This document shows, in pieces, positions 35,949 to 44,172 of a DNA stretch of 64,000 nt (its first letter is position 1; each line of letters begins with the position of its first letter). The notes under the pieces are model-generated. The model searched no databases and was not told where the DNA came from. It was given only the letters and a program-made list of their open reading frames with translations. This DNA is from Thermoplasmatota archaeon (GTDB lineage Archaea > Thermoplasmatota > Thermoplasmata > UBA10834): NCBI GenBank assembly GCA_040751795.1, contig JBFMHR010000005.1, forward strand, positions 64,001 to 128,000. The letters run 5' to 3'. Made by a program: the position numbers and the translations under genes.

Positions 35949-36638
35949 TCACTTCCCGGACTGGACCTTGCCGTCCTGGCCGCCGTTGCACTCGCCGTTC
36001 TGCTCGCCTCCGGACTCGCCCTCCTCGGCAGTGTCGTCATCCTCGGGCTCGTCCTCGTAGTCGCAGTCAGCCGGCTCGTCCTCGGCGTCCTCGGTGGATG
36101 ACTGGTGGTCCTCGGAGTGCATCTCGCAGTTCTGCTGCTCAGAGCCTGCGTTGCGCTCGCGGTGCCTCCAGCAGTTCCCGTTCTGTTCCCCGTTGCCCTC
36201 CTGCTCGTCGTCGTCCTCGTCCTGGTCGTCGTCGCCCTCATCGTCATCGGCGTCGTCGTCATCGTCGGACTGGTCGTCGTCATCGTCGTCGGGGACCTCG
36301 TCGTCCTGCTCATCGTCATCCGGCAGCTCGTCGTCGTCCGATCCCTCGTCATCGTCTCCGTCAGGAACCTCGTCGTCGGATGTGTCGTCCTGGTCTCCGT
36401 CCGTCGTGTCGTCAGAATCGGACGTGTCGTCGGAGGAGCCGTCAGTATCGTCAGAAGAGGAATCGTCGTCGGCGGTGTCGTCCTGGCTGTCGTCGGGCAG
36501 TTGGTCATCCGCAGGGGGCGGGTCGATGTTGATGTCGGGCTTGTCATCGCCACCTATCAACGATACGACTAGCACCGCGGTAATGATGAGCGCGGCGCTG
36601 GCCACCACTGTGGTGCGCAACCTCTTGCTTAATCTAAT
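35949..36638 (-). CDS. N-anchored, extremely Asp-rich low-complexity protein
   Basis: Hydrophobic N-terminal helix then DD-x repeats. GGAGGTGA lies 4 nt before an in-frame ATT (36638); the ORF track uses TTG 36620. Confidence 0.75.
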   Translation of the reverse strand: MRLSKRLRTTVVASAALIITAVLVVSLIGGDDKPDINIDPPPADDQLPDDSQDDTADDDSSSDDTDGSSDDTSDSDDTTDGDQDDTSDDEVPDGDDDEGSDDDELPDDDEQDDEVPDDDDDDQSDDDDDADDDEGDDDQDEDDDEQEGNGEQNGNCWRHRERNAGSEQQNCEMHSEDHQSSTEDAEDEPADCDYEDEPEDDDTAEEGESGGEQNGECNGGQDGKVQSGK

Positions 36639-36694
36639 CTAGTCACCTCCTCTGCCCCGCATCCCAAGGGGCTTGACAAGTGTTATGGCCGAAA

Positions 36695-36712
36695 TGCTAT
36701 TTATATCCTCTG
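36695..36712 (-). promoter_or_regulatory. TATA-like element for the Asp-rich protein gene
   Basis: Minus strand GAGGATATAAATAGC about 60 nt upstream of the start. Confidence 0.5.
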
Positions 36713-36818
36713 CGTCAGACAGCGTTTCCTGGCTGTCGAAAATGCTGTCAGACAGACCTCCGGGACGGCGCATCCTCTCTTATCCGGACCGGCGCGCCGA
36801 CGTGCGTGCGCGAGCCGC

Positions 36819-38273
36819 TCACGGCAGCGGCGGGAGGGGCTCCCCGCCGAGGCATTCGACGATCTCCGCGTACCCGTCGTAGAGTGCGGCCGCCCCCTCG
36901 TCGGAGAGGTGGCTCCCCTGGCTGGCCGCGCGCACCTGGTGGTAGAAGGCGTCCAGGAGGTTGAGGCATAGGTCGGTCTGGCCGAGGTCGAACGCGGCCT
37001 GAGCGACGATGATCTCCGCTATGAGCCCGTTCTCGGAATAGCCGGGGAACTCGTCTGAGTAGGCCTGCACTATCGGCAGCAGGTCCATGGGCTCGCACAG
37101 GTCCACGGGCGGCTCCTCGTCCCGCACCTCTACGAGCATCTCCACGGACGACATGGGCGCCTTCCCGTCCCACCCGCCGATCGCCAGGACGGTCCCGTTG
37201 GCGGTGACGGCGCTGCCGTGCATGCCCCGCGCCTTGGCCATCGCGTCCTCCACTCTCCACGAGAAATCGCACGGGCAGAGGCTCTCTGTCGAGTTGGACG
37301 TGCCCAGGGTGCTCCACGAGCCCGTGGACACGATCCATCCGGCCGGCAGCACCTCGAGTCCGAAATTGGCCCTGGGCGAGGCCATCCCGTCCACCGGGAC
37401 CCACATCCCCAGGCTCGGGCCGTACACCTCCGCCGACGACAGGACCGTCCCGTCGGAGACACCCCCGGAGACGAGGACGTCCCCGTCCCCGAGGACTGCC
37501 GACGACGCGCTGTAGCGCTTGTACGCCATGTCGGCGACGGAGCCCCAGGAGTTGCCGTCCGGGTCGTACTCCTCGCTCGTGCCCTCGGAGTCCCCTCCTA
37601 TGGCGAGGGCGCCCCCGTCGGGCAGCGGCTGGATCGTGAAGAAGGCCCTTGCATAGGCCATCGTGCCGGCGGGGACGAACGAGTGCGTGCCGGGGTCGTA
37701 GGCCTCGGCGTACTTCCACACGCCGGTCACCCAGTCGGTGCCTCCCGCTACGAGGACATCCCCGTCCCCCAGGCGCAGGGCGGCGTGCCCGGACCTCGCG
37801 AAGGCCATGTCGCCGACATAGAGGCATGCGCCGAGCCCGAGGTCCAGGACCTCCGCGGACGAGGTGGCGCCGGAGCCGGTGTCCCCTCCAGCGATGAGGA
37901 CGGTGCCGTCCGAGAGCAGGGTAGCCGTGTGGCCCACGCGGGCGACGTTCATGCTCGGTCCCGGCCTCCAGGAGTCGCCCTCGGGGTCGTACACCTCGGT
38001 CGTCTTGGTGGGCCCGGCGGTCGACATCCCGCCTATGACCAGAATGTCACCATCTGGCAGTTCTACAACCTGGGGCGATGAGCGCGGGAAGATCATGGGG
38101 GCGGCGTCGAACCAGAGGAGCGAAGTGCTCCCCGTGTCGAGGTCGGGGACCCTGTCGATCGGGAAGGTGGAGTAAGCGTACGGGGCTGCGCCTCCGAGGC
38201 CCATCACGAGGATGAGGGAGAGGACGGCCGCCGCTGAGCCCCTGAAGTCTCCCTTGGAATAGAGTGCATCCAC
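36819..38273 (-). CDS. Secreted kelch-repeat beta-propeller protein with a helical C-terminal domain
   Basis: About 7 repeats of L.DG.VL..GG...E.YDP....W...M...R; N-terminal hydrophobic segment; C-terminal L.AF...V.A..G..L....A..L helical motif. Confidence 0.88.
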   Translation of the reverse strand: MDALYSKGDFRGSAAAVLSLILVMGLGGAAPYAYSTFPIDRVPDLDTGSTSLLWFDAAPMIFPRSSPQVVELPDGDILVIGGMSTAGPTKTTEVYDPEGDSWRPGPSMNVARVGHTATLLSDGTVLIAGGDTGSGATSSAEVLDLGLGACLYVGDMAFARSGHAALRLGDGDVLVAGGTDWVTGVWKYAEAYDPGTHSFVPAGTMAYARAFFTIQPLPDGGALAIGGDSEGTSEEYDPDGNSWGSVADMAYKRYSASSAVLGDGDVLVSGGVSDGTVLSSAEVYGPSLGMWVPVDGMASPRANFGLEVLPAGWIVSTGSWSTLGTSNSTESLCPCDFSWRVEDAMAKARGMHGSAVTANGTVLAIGGWDGKAPMSSVEMLVEVRDEEPPVDLCEPMDLLPIVQAYSDEFPGYSENGLIAEIIVAQAAFDLGQTDLCLNLLDAFYHQVRAASQGSHLSDEGAAALYDGYAEIVECLGGEPLPPLP

Positions 38274-38393
38274 TCCTGTCCCTCCCCCGGAACGGCTGTG
38301 CCCGCGCGGTCTCCCCGACGCTGCTAAGACAGGCCTTCGCTACGTACCCGAACGCGCAGCCCGATTATGCACTTTTCGATGCACTGACTCGGC

Positions 38394-39611
38394 TCACGCC
38401 TCGGCGGTCTCGTTCGCCTCGGGCTGCGGCTCGGGGGGCACCTCGACGATGGGCTCCACGACCTTCGCGGAGCGCTCGAGGAGGGCCAACTCCTTGGTGC
38501 TCAGGACCCGCGGGTCTATTACGACGACAATGGCGCAGTCGTGGGCGAGGACGAAGTCGTGAAGGTGGTTCACGAACCTCAGGACCGTCTCGAAGTCGTT
38601 CTGGGTGATGAGGTACTCCGCCCCCTCGATCAGCACGACGGTCTTGGCGCGGTCCTCGACGAACCTGGAGATCTTGAGGCTCACGAGGCTGAGCTCGGTG
38701 GGATCCACGTGGCTCGCGCCGGCCCTGCGGGTGAGCCAGAGGATGCTCTTCGCCTCGAACTCGTGCACCTCCTTGAGCCTGTTGGGGTGCTCCCTGGATA
38801 TGAGCATCCCCTCGGCGCCGTGGGCCACGGCCTCGTTGTACATGGAGAACGCGACGTTCGGCCTCTTCTCCTTGACCAGGTAGATGAACCCCCTCTCGAT
38901 GGGGAACTGCTCGCCCGGGAGGGGCCTCAGGACGGGGAACCCCTCGCCGTTCACGGCCGTCACCGCGGCTGCCCTTGCGGAGGCCCCGCCAGCGCCGGAG
39001 CCGCGCCTGTAGTAGAGCACCGCGCCTATGGCGCCGAGCGAGATGACCAGGGCCGCGGCGGCGATGTACGGGATGTAGTCGGTGGAGACGGTAGCGCCAT
39101 TGGTGGGCAGCTCCTGCTCCTCCGCCTCGACCACGAAGTCCCTGTAGGTTATGCCCGTGCCCCAGACATAGGAGATGTTCCCCCAGGCCGTGTGCACCAG
39201 GTAGTCGAGCCTGAAGTAGTAGCTGTATGTCTGGGCGCAGGCGTCGTCCGGCACGGTGAGGTTGACGGCGTAGGTCTCGATGCCGACCCCGTCGGGCGCG
39301 AGCCAGGAGGAGTTGCCCGAGACGTTGTTCCAGGCCCACTCGTTCGGGGCCATCCAGTAGAAGTGGACGCTGACGTTGGTCACCTTGACCATGTACGCCA
39401 ACGAGTCGTAGACGTAGTCCCCTGAGGCCATCTGGTTGACCACGGTGACCTCGATCGAGAAGTCGTCCCCGGCGCAGTAGGAGCTCTGGGCGGGGACGAA
39501 GCCGAAGTCGACGGATATGGCGTCCTCGAGGGCGGACGAGCCGGAGGACGCGGCTAGGAGCGCTAGCGGTATGAGCATCACTGCGAGAACGGGCCTCGGT
39601 GCCGCGGCCAT
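38394..39611 (-). CDS. Membrane protein: extracellular Ig-like domain, TM helix and cytoplasmic DUF835 domain
   Basis: Signal peptide, TM, then YLVKE, ISREHP, ILWLT, VDPT.L, VVLIEG.EYLITQN.F..VL.F, D...L...ELALLER. Confidence 0.88.
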   Translation of the reverse strand: MAAAPRPVLAVMLIPLALLAASSGSSALEDAISVDFGFVPAQSSYCAGDDFSIEVTVVNQMASGDYVYDSLAYMVKVTNVSVHFYWMAPNEWAWNNVSGNSSWLAPDGVGIETYAVNLTVPDDACAQTYSYYFRLDYLVHTAWGNISYVWGTGITYRDFVVEAEEQELPTNGATVSTDYIPYIAAAALVISLGAIGAVLYYRRGSGAGGASARAAAVTAVNGEGFPVLRPLPGEQFPIERGFIYLVKEKRPNVAFSMYNEAVAHGAEGMLISREHPNRLKEVHEFEAKSILWLTRRAGASHVDPTELSLVSLKISRFVEDRAKTVVLIEGAEYLITQNDFETVLRFVNHLHDFVLAHDCAIVVVIDPRVLSTKELALLERSAKVVEPIVEVPPEPQPEANETAEA

Positions 39612-39685
39612 CTCCCTTCCCCGACGCGGTCAGTGCGCGTCGTCACCCCAATCACCGAATCGCTACATAAACAGTTGGCCAACGG

Positions 39686-40162
39686 TCAGACCAGTACGCG
39701 CTTCTCCTCCTTGGTGATGTTGAGGACGACCTGCGTGTAGGTGCGGTCGACGTTCGGGTGGTCCAGGACCTTCTTGACGAAGGTGTTCAGCTCCGCCCTG
39801 GACTTGAACCTCGCCTCGACTATGGCGTCCCATTCTCCCGTGGAATCATAGACGGCGAACACCCCGGCCTCCTTGGCGAGGTCCTTCTCCGTGTCGATGA
39901 TCTTCCCGTGCATGACCTTGATGCCTATGACGGCCATGATGTCGTACCCGAGCTTGGTCGCGTCGACGACGGGGATGTAGCCCTGGATGATGCCGGTGCG
40001 CTCGAGGATCTTGACCCTGTTGGAGACGGTCGTGAGGGAGACCTGGAGCTCCTTGGCGATGTCCCTGAAGCTCTTGCGGGCGTTCTCGTTCAGGCTCCTG
40101 ATGATGTCCATGTCGAGCTCGTCCAGGTCCACGACGTCCGCGACCCTCTTTTCAGCCGCCAT
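39686..40162 (-). CDS. Lrp/AsnC transcriptional regulator
   Basis: LDELD..II..L.ENARKSFRDIAKEL.VS.TTV.NRV..LE..GII.GY HTH; YD.TGEWD RAM domain. ATG at 40162. Confidence 0.94.
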   Translation of the reverse strand: MAAEKRVADVVDLDELDMDIIRSLNENARKSFRDIAKELQVSLTTVSNRVKILERTGIIQGYIPVVDATKLGYDIMAVIGIKVMHGKIIDTEKDLAKEAGVFAVYDSTGEWDAIVEARFKSRAELNTFVKKVLDHPNVDRTYTQVVLNITKEEKRVLV

Positions 40163-40326
40163 CGGGACGCCCAAGCACTTCTGCTGATAAATATCTTGCA
40201 CCTGTACGCCCATTGTGTGGTCGAAATAGCGGGATTGCGCTAATATTATGGTCATTCGACCTGTTTTTCCCGAACAATGTTGATATATGGCCGAATACAT
40301 ACAGTACGTGCCGGAGGTCGTCAAGT

Positions 40327-40479
40327 ATGCCAGGGGATGCTATTTGTTCTGAGGCGCGCCTGAAGTACTGGGAGGAGGAGTGGCTGTCCCAGCTGATCTC
40401 GGAGGCGCTCCGGCTGAAGAAGCACGCCCCGGAGGAGGACAAGTCCGCGTCCTCCGTGAAGGGCCAGGACCTCTCGTGA
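40327..40479 (+). CDS. Small hypothetical protein (50 aa), divergent from the Lrp gene
   Basis: GGAGGT 8 nt before the ATG; native codon usage; MPGDAICSEARLKYWEEEWLSQLISEALRLKKHAPEEDKSASSVKGQDLS. Confidence 0.55.
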   Translation: MPGDAICSEARLKYWEEEWLSQLISEALRLKKHAPEEDKSASSVKGQDLS

Positions 40480-40483
40480 ACGG

Positions 40484-41764
40484 TCAGGCCTTCGTCGGTT
40501 TCTCGTCCCTGGGCTCCGCTATCTTCCTGAAGAATAGGTAGAAGATCAGCGTGCCGGCGATGTACATGATCGATGTGTAGTAGAAAGGCTCCGCGCTCGA
40601 GTAGTCGTTCGCCCAGATGTAGCCGCTGACGGCGTACGCGGCGGAGAACGCCAGGGTCCATGCGAGCTGGCTGATGGCCCAGAACGAGGCCCTCACCTCC
40701 TCGCTCACGATGTTCATGAGGTACGCGTTCAGGACCGGGATGGGCACGAGCATGAGCAGGCTCCTGAGGGTGAAGAGCACCGCCACGAGCAGGAGCGAGA
40801 ACGCGGAGTAGGGTATGGCGAAGAGGAACCCGACGGAGGCGAGCTGGCACACGGTTATGAGCAGGACGGACCCCCGTGCCTCCGCGTACTTGGGGACGAC
40901 GAACCAGCCCACGGCGACGGCTATGTTGGAGGCGGTGACCATCGCCGTCAGCTGGAGGGAGTCGGCGCCCATGCCCTCCTGGAAGACCAGGGGGAGCCAG
41001 GGGATGACGAGGCCTGCGCCGACGCCTATGAGGGCGTTCTGGAAGGAGTAGACGAAGAGCCTCTTGAGGAAGACCCGGTCGAAGCTCACCCTCAACTTCT
41101 CGCCCTTGGCCTTGACCTCCGACACCCTGAGGATGTAGAACACGGGCACGACGCTCGCCAGGGCGGCGGCGAGGACCACGAGCCAGTAGCCGTCGGTGAG
41201 CTCGAAGCCGTAGTTGGTCAGGAGGAACCCGGGGAAGAAGATGCCCGTGGCGCTGGCGATGGTGATGGCTATCTGGTTGGAGAAGCCCTGGAGTCCGTAG
41301 AAGAACTTGAGCCTGGTCGGGGCGGCCTTGCTCGCCATGAGGGCGACGATCGATGGCTGGACCAGGGACGAGCCGAGGCTGATGAGCCCCTCGGCGACGA
41401 TGAACACGGCGAGGTTCGGCTCGTACAGGAAGAGCGCCGCGCCGGCCGTGTTGAAGACGAGCCCCATCAGGAGGAGCTTCTTGCGGCCCAGGATGTCGGC
41501 GAGGAAGCCGCTGAAGAGGAGGCTGACGACGCCGACAGCGGAGCCGATGCCGCCGATGAGGCCGATCTCCTCCGAGGTGAAGCCGAGGGCGTCCCAGTAG
41601 AGGGAGATGACGTACCAGGTGACGCCGCCCAGGATTCCCATGAAGAAGGAGGCGTTGATGATCCGGTGCTCGTCCTTGCTGCTGGATGAGTAATACCGGA
41701 AGGTCTCCCCGGCGCTTGCCTGCCCCGCCTGCGCAAGCCCCTTGACGGTCCCTCGCATCCCCAT
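40484..41764 (-). CDS. MFS transporter
   Basis: GFLADILGRKK motif A; about 12 TM helices. Exact start uncertain. Confidence 0.9.
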   Translation of the reverse strand: MGMRGTVKGLAQAGQASAGETFRYYSSSSKDEHRIINASFFMGILGGVTWYVISLYWDALGFTSEEIGLIGGIGSAVGVVSLLFSGFLADILGRKKLLLMGLVFNTAGAALFLYEPNLAVFIVAEGLISLGSSLVQPSIVALMASKAAPTRLKFFYGLQGFSNQIAITIASATGIFFPGFLLTNYGFELTDGYWLVVLAAALASVVPVFYILRVSEVKAKGEKLRVSFDRVFLKRLFVYSFQNALIGVGAGLVIPWLPLVFQEGMGADSLQLTAMVTASNIAVAVGWFVVPKYAEARGSVLLITVCQLASVGFLFAIPYSAFSLLLVAVLFTLRSLLMLVPIPVLNAYLMNIVSEEVRASFWAISQLAWTLAFSAAYAVSGYIWANDYSSAEPFYYTSIMYIAGTLIFYLFFRKIAEPRDEKPTKA

Positions 41765-41830
41765 TATATTGCGACCTTGGTCGAGAGAATGCGCTCGTTC
41801 GTATTAATGTGACGATGGCACCGTCTGTAT

Positions 41831-42904
41831 GTGGTTAATCTTATGACTGAGCACTGTCCTCTGCATGGTGTGGCCAATGTCTGGGGACGCCTGACCGAGG
41901 TCGTCGATCGATTCTTCCCACTTGATAGCCCACGAAGGAAGGTAGTCCAGCTAGTATCCGTAGTCCTGTTAGTCGAGGGCATTTCGGTTCTTCTCCTCTT
42001 TTCCTACGTCGGCCCTCTGCTCGGGCTCATCTCCATTCTACTCGGCGCGGGTCTCATGGCTCTGTTCTTCAGAGCTGAGGAGGAGCAGCGAGCGCAATCA
42101 TATGAGCCGCTTGGCATGCGAATCGTATCGACACTCACTAGGAGTATTGGCGGCGAGTATGCGTTGATGGTTCTCGGCGCGGTTCTGATCATTCTTGTGG
42201 TCCTATACAACGCATTTGTCTCGGAGACCCCGGACTACGGAGACGTCGACGTCATAATAATGGTGTTCAGCGGACTGTTGATAGTCTTCCCATTCGTGCC
42301 AGATCAATGGCGGATTGAGGCGACGTTCGCAGTAGTGTTCATCGGATTCGTCACTCTGCTGTTGGCTGTTCCTCAAGCAATCACATCTCTGGGTGGCGAG
42401 GGAGACGCTAGCTCCATAGGCAATTGGTATGTCCACTACATGCTCGCGGCCCCATTCGCATCAATCTTGGATCTACTAGGGATTCCATCGAGTTCAATCG
42501 GGAATCTGGTGACTCTGCAATTCCAGGACGGATCCATTCACACACTGGAGATATCTGCATATTGTGCTGGCCTCTATTCATTCTCGATTTTCTTGTCCGC
42601 GTTCTTCTCGTACGTATTAGTTCTTGAGAAGCTCAGGGCCAGTGTCTTGGCGGCAGTTCTTGGACTGGGCGTCTTGGTTGCCTATCTGGGGAACCTCTTC
42701 AGGATGGTAGTCGTGGGCGTCGTGGGATACTACTGGGGAATAGAAGCGCTGCATTGGGCTCACCAGAATGCTGGATGGATCATCTTCATATCATGGTCGG
42801 CGTTGTTCTGGTGGATTATCCTCAGCCGCTTCAGCAGCGATGTGCCCGCGAGAGAAGGTCAGCTGAGTCCAGAGGCGACCCGAGAGCATGAGGAGACTGA
42901 CTGA
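41831..42904 (+). CDS. Archaeosortase/exosortase family membrane transpeptidase
   Basis: Multi-TM; EISAYCAG (Cys), GNLFR (Arg), HQNAGW (His) catalytic pattern. Confidence 0.88.
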   Translation: MVNLMTEHCPLHGVANVWGRLTEVVDRFFPLDSPRRKVVQLVSVVLLVEGISVLLLFSYVGPLLGLISILLGAGLMALFFRAEEEQRAQSYEPLGMRIVSTLTRSIGGEYALMVLGAVLIILVVLYNAFVSETPDYGDVDVIIMVFSGLLIVFPFVPDQWRIEATFAVVFIGFVTLLLAVPQAITSLGGEGDASSIGNWYVHYMLAAPFASILDLLGIPSSSIGNLVTLQFQDGSIHTLEISAYCAGLYSFSIFLSAFFSYVLVLEKLRASVLAAVLGLGVLVAYLGNLFRMVVVGVVGYYWGIEALHWAHQNAGWIIFISWSALFWWIILSRFSSDVPAREGQLSPEATREHEETD

Positions 42905-43050
42905 CGCGCCCCCTCCAACAGACTCGTCGTCTTGACGAATGCTGGCGTTGATATCTTAGTCGATGTGGCTGATGCACACCGCTTCATGCTTCACGTTAGT
43001 CTATGAGTACGAAGCGTGGCCCCATCAATCGTCTTCGAAGCCGCACTTTC

Positions 43051-44049
43051 CTATAGCGGCTTGGACTCGGAGGGCGGGAAGAATCTGCGCTTGAGAATCC
43101 ACGAGCCTACGCGGAATGGATGGGCCTTGATCAGGCTTCTCGTGTTGCAGACCATCCAGCAATCCATGTTGCAGTTCGTCACGGCCTTTCTGAGATCGTA
43201 TTCGTCGATGTTCGCCGCAAATTCGTCCCAACTGCGGTGTTGGGTGATGTTGCCGAGCTTCTTGTTCATCACATTGCACGGATAGACATCCCCATTTGGC
43301 GCTATGAAGACGTACTCTTTTCCGGCCTCACATGAAGATGTATATCGGTGTCTCTCGCCGACGTCGATTATCCCGTTTGTGTGATATGCTCTCAGCCAGT
43401 CCTTCGCGTGTTTCGAATGGAGCTGGGCTTCAACGACTGAGGCTATGCTATTCGAGTCACTGATCCCACTGCTCGTTTCAGTAGGGTTGTCATCTTTGCA
43501 GAAGTAAACATCAGAGTTGTGGACATGGACGCACGTGAATTCGACGTCAAGGCCGCGAGCCAGGGCAAAGACGTCTCGTACTTCCTTTGAATTCTCACGC
43601 ATGATGGTCATTGCGATTCTTAGGTCGCGTATCCCGAGATTCTTGAGGGCAGTCACTGTGGTCAGGGCCTTATCATAGGCTCCTTCAATTCCTCTGATGG
43701 TATCGTGTGTCTTTCCTATGCCATCGATGGACACACCAACGCCCACGCGAGGGTGGAAGTGCATTATCTCCTTGATCGTCGACGTGATTCGCGCAGTCAG
43801 AAACCCGTTCGTCGAGAACACTATCCGAGAAGATGGGACAATGCTGTGAATCTCTCTTATGACTTCTACTAAGTCATGGCGAAGAAATGGCTCTCCGCCG
43901 GTTATGTTGATTGTTTTGAGGGATGGCGGTATCTTGTGATAATCCGCAGGTGTCATCTCTGCGCCAGGATCCAGCTTCCAGATGTTACACATGCTGCACT
44001 TGGAATTGCACCTGTAAGTGACAGCGATAAAAGCCTCTCGGATCCTCAC
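43051..44049 (-). CDS. Radical SAM/SPASM protein in the glycan locus
   Basis: TYRCNSKCSMC, ITGGEPFL, STNG, VSIDG...HD.IRG, CEAG...I.P.GDVYPC, C..DCW..C. Confidence 0.92.
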   Translation of the reverse strand: MRIREAFIAVTYRCNSKCSMCNIWKLDPGAEMTPADYHKIPPSLKTINITGGEPFLRHDLVEVIREIHSIVPSSRIVFSTNGFLTARITSTIKEIMHFHPRVGVGVSIDGIGKTHDTIRGIEGAYDKALTTVTALKNLGIRDLRIAMTIMRENSKEVRDVFALARGLDVEFTCVHVHNSDVYFCKDDNPTETSSGISDSNSIASVVEAQLHSKHAKDWLRAYHTNGIIDVGERHRYTSSCEAGKEYVFIAPNGDVYPCNVMNKKLGNITQHRSWDEFAANIDEYDLRKAVTNCNMDCWMVCNTRSLIKAHPFRVGSWILKRRFFPPSESKPL

Positions 44050-44172
44050 ATCAGTTTATGAGCGAACAAGGTCTATATATCTATTGTTGGCCTATAGCCA
44101 GGTCTGCGAGATCCGGATTTCTGATGGATCTTGCTGGTCTGCGCGGCTCGTGAACCGAGAGGTCTGTGGCGA

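Noticed and set aside
36190-36500. TCGTCG/TCATCG tandem-like repeats resembling an array
   Set aside because: They are Asp codons of the low-complexity protein and have no repeat-spacer structure, so not CRISPR.
53-41736. Many long overlapping or antisense ORFs in the track (e.g. 10257-12236, 22712-24592, 24721-26715, 32598-34601)
   Set aside because: These are shadow frames of high-GC3 genes, Arg/Gly/Pro-rich and without motifs, and each overlaps a well-supported gene.
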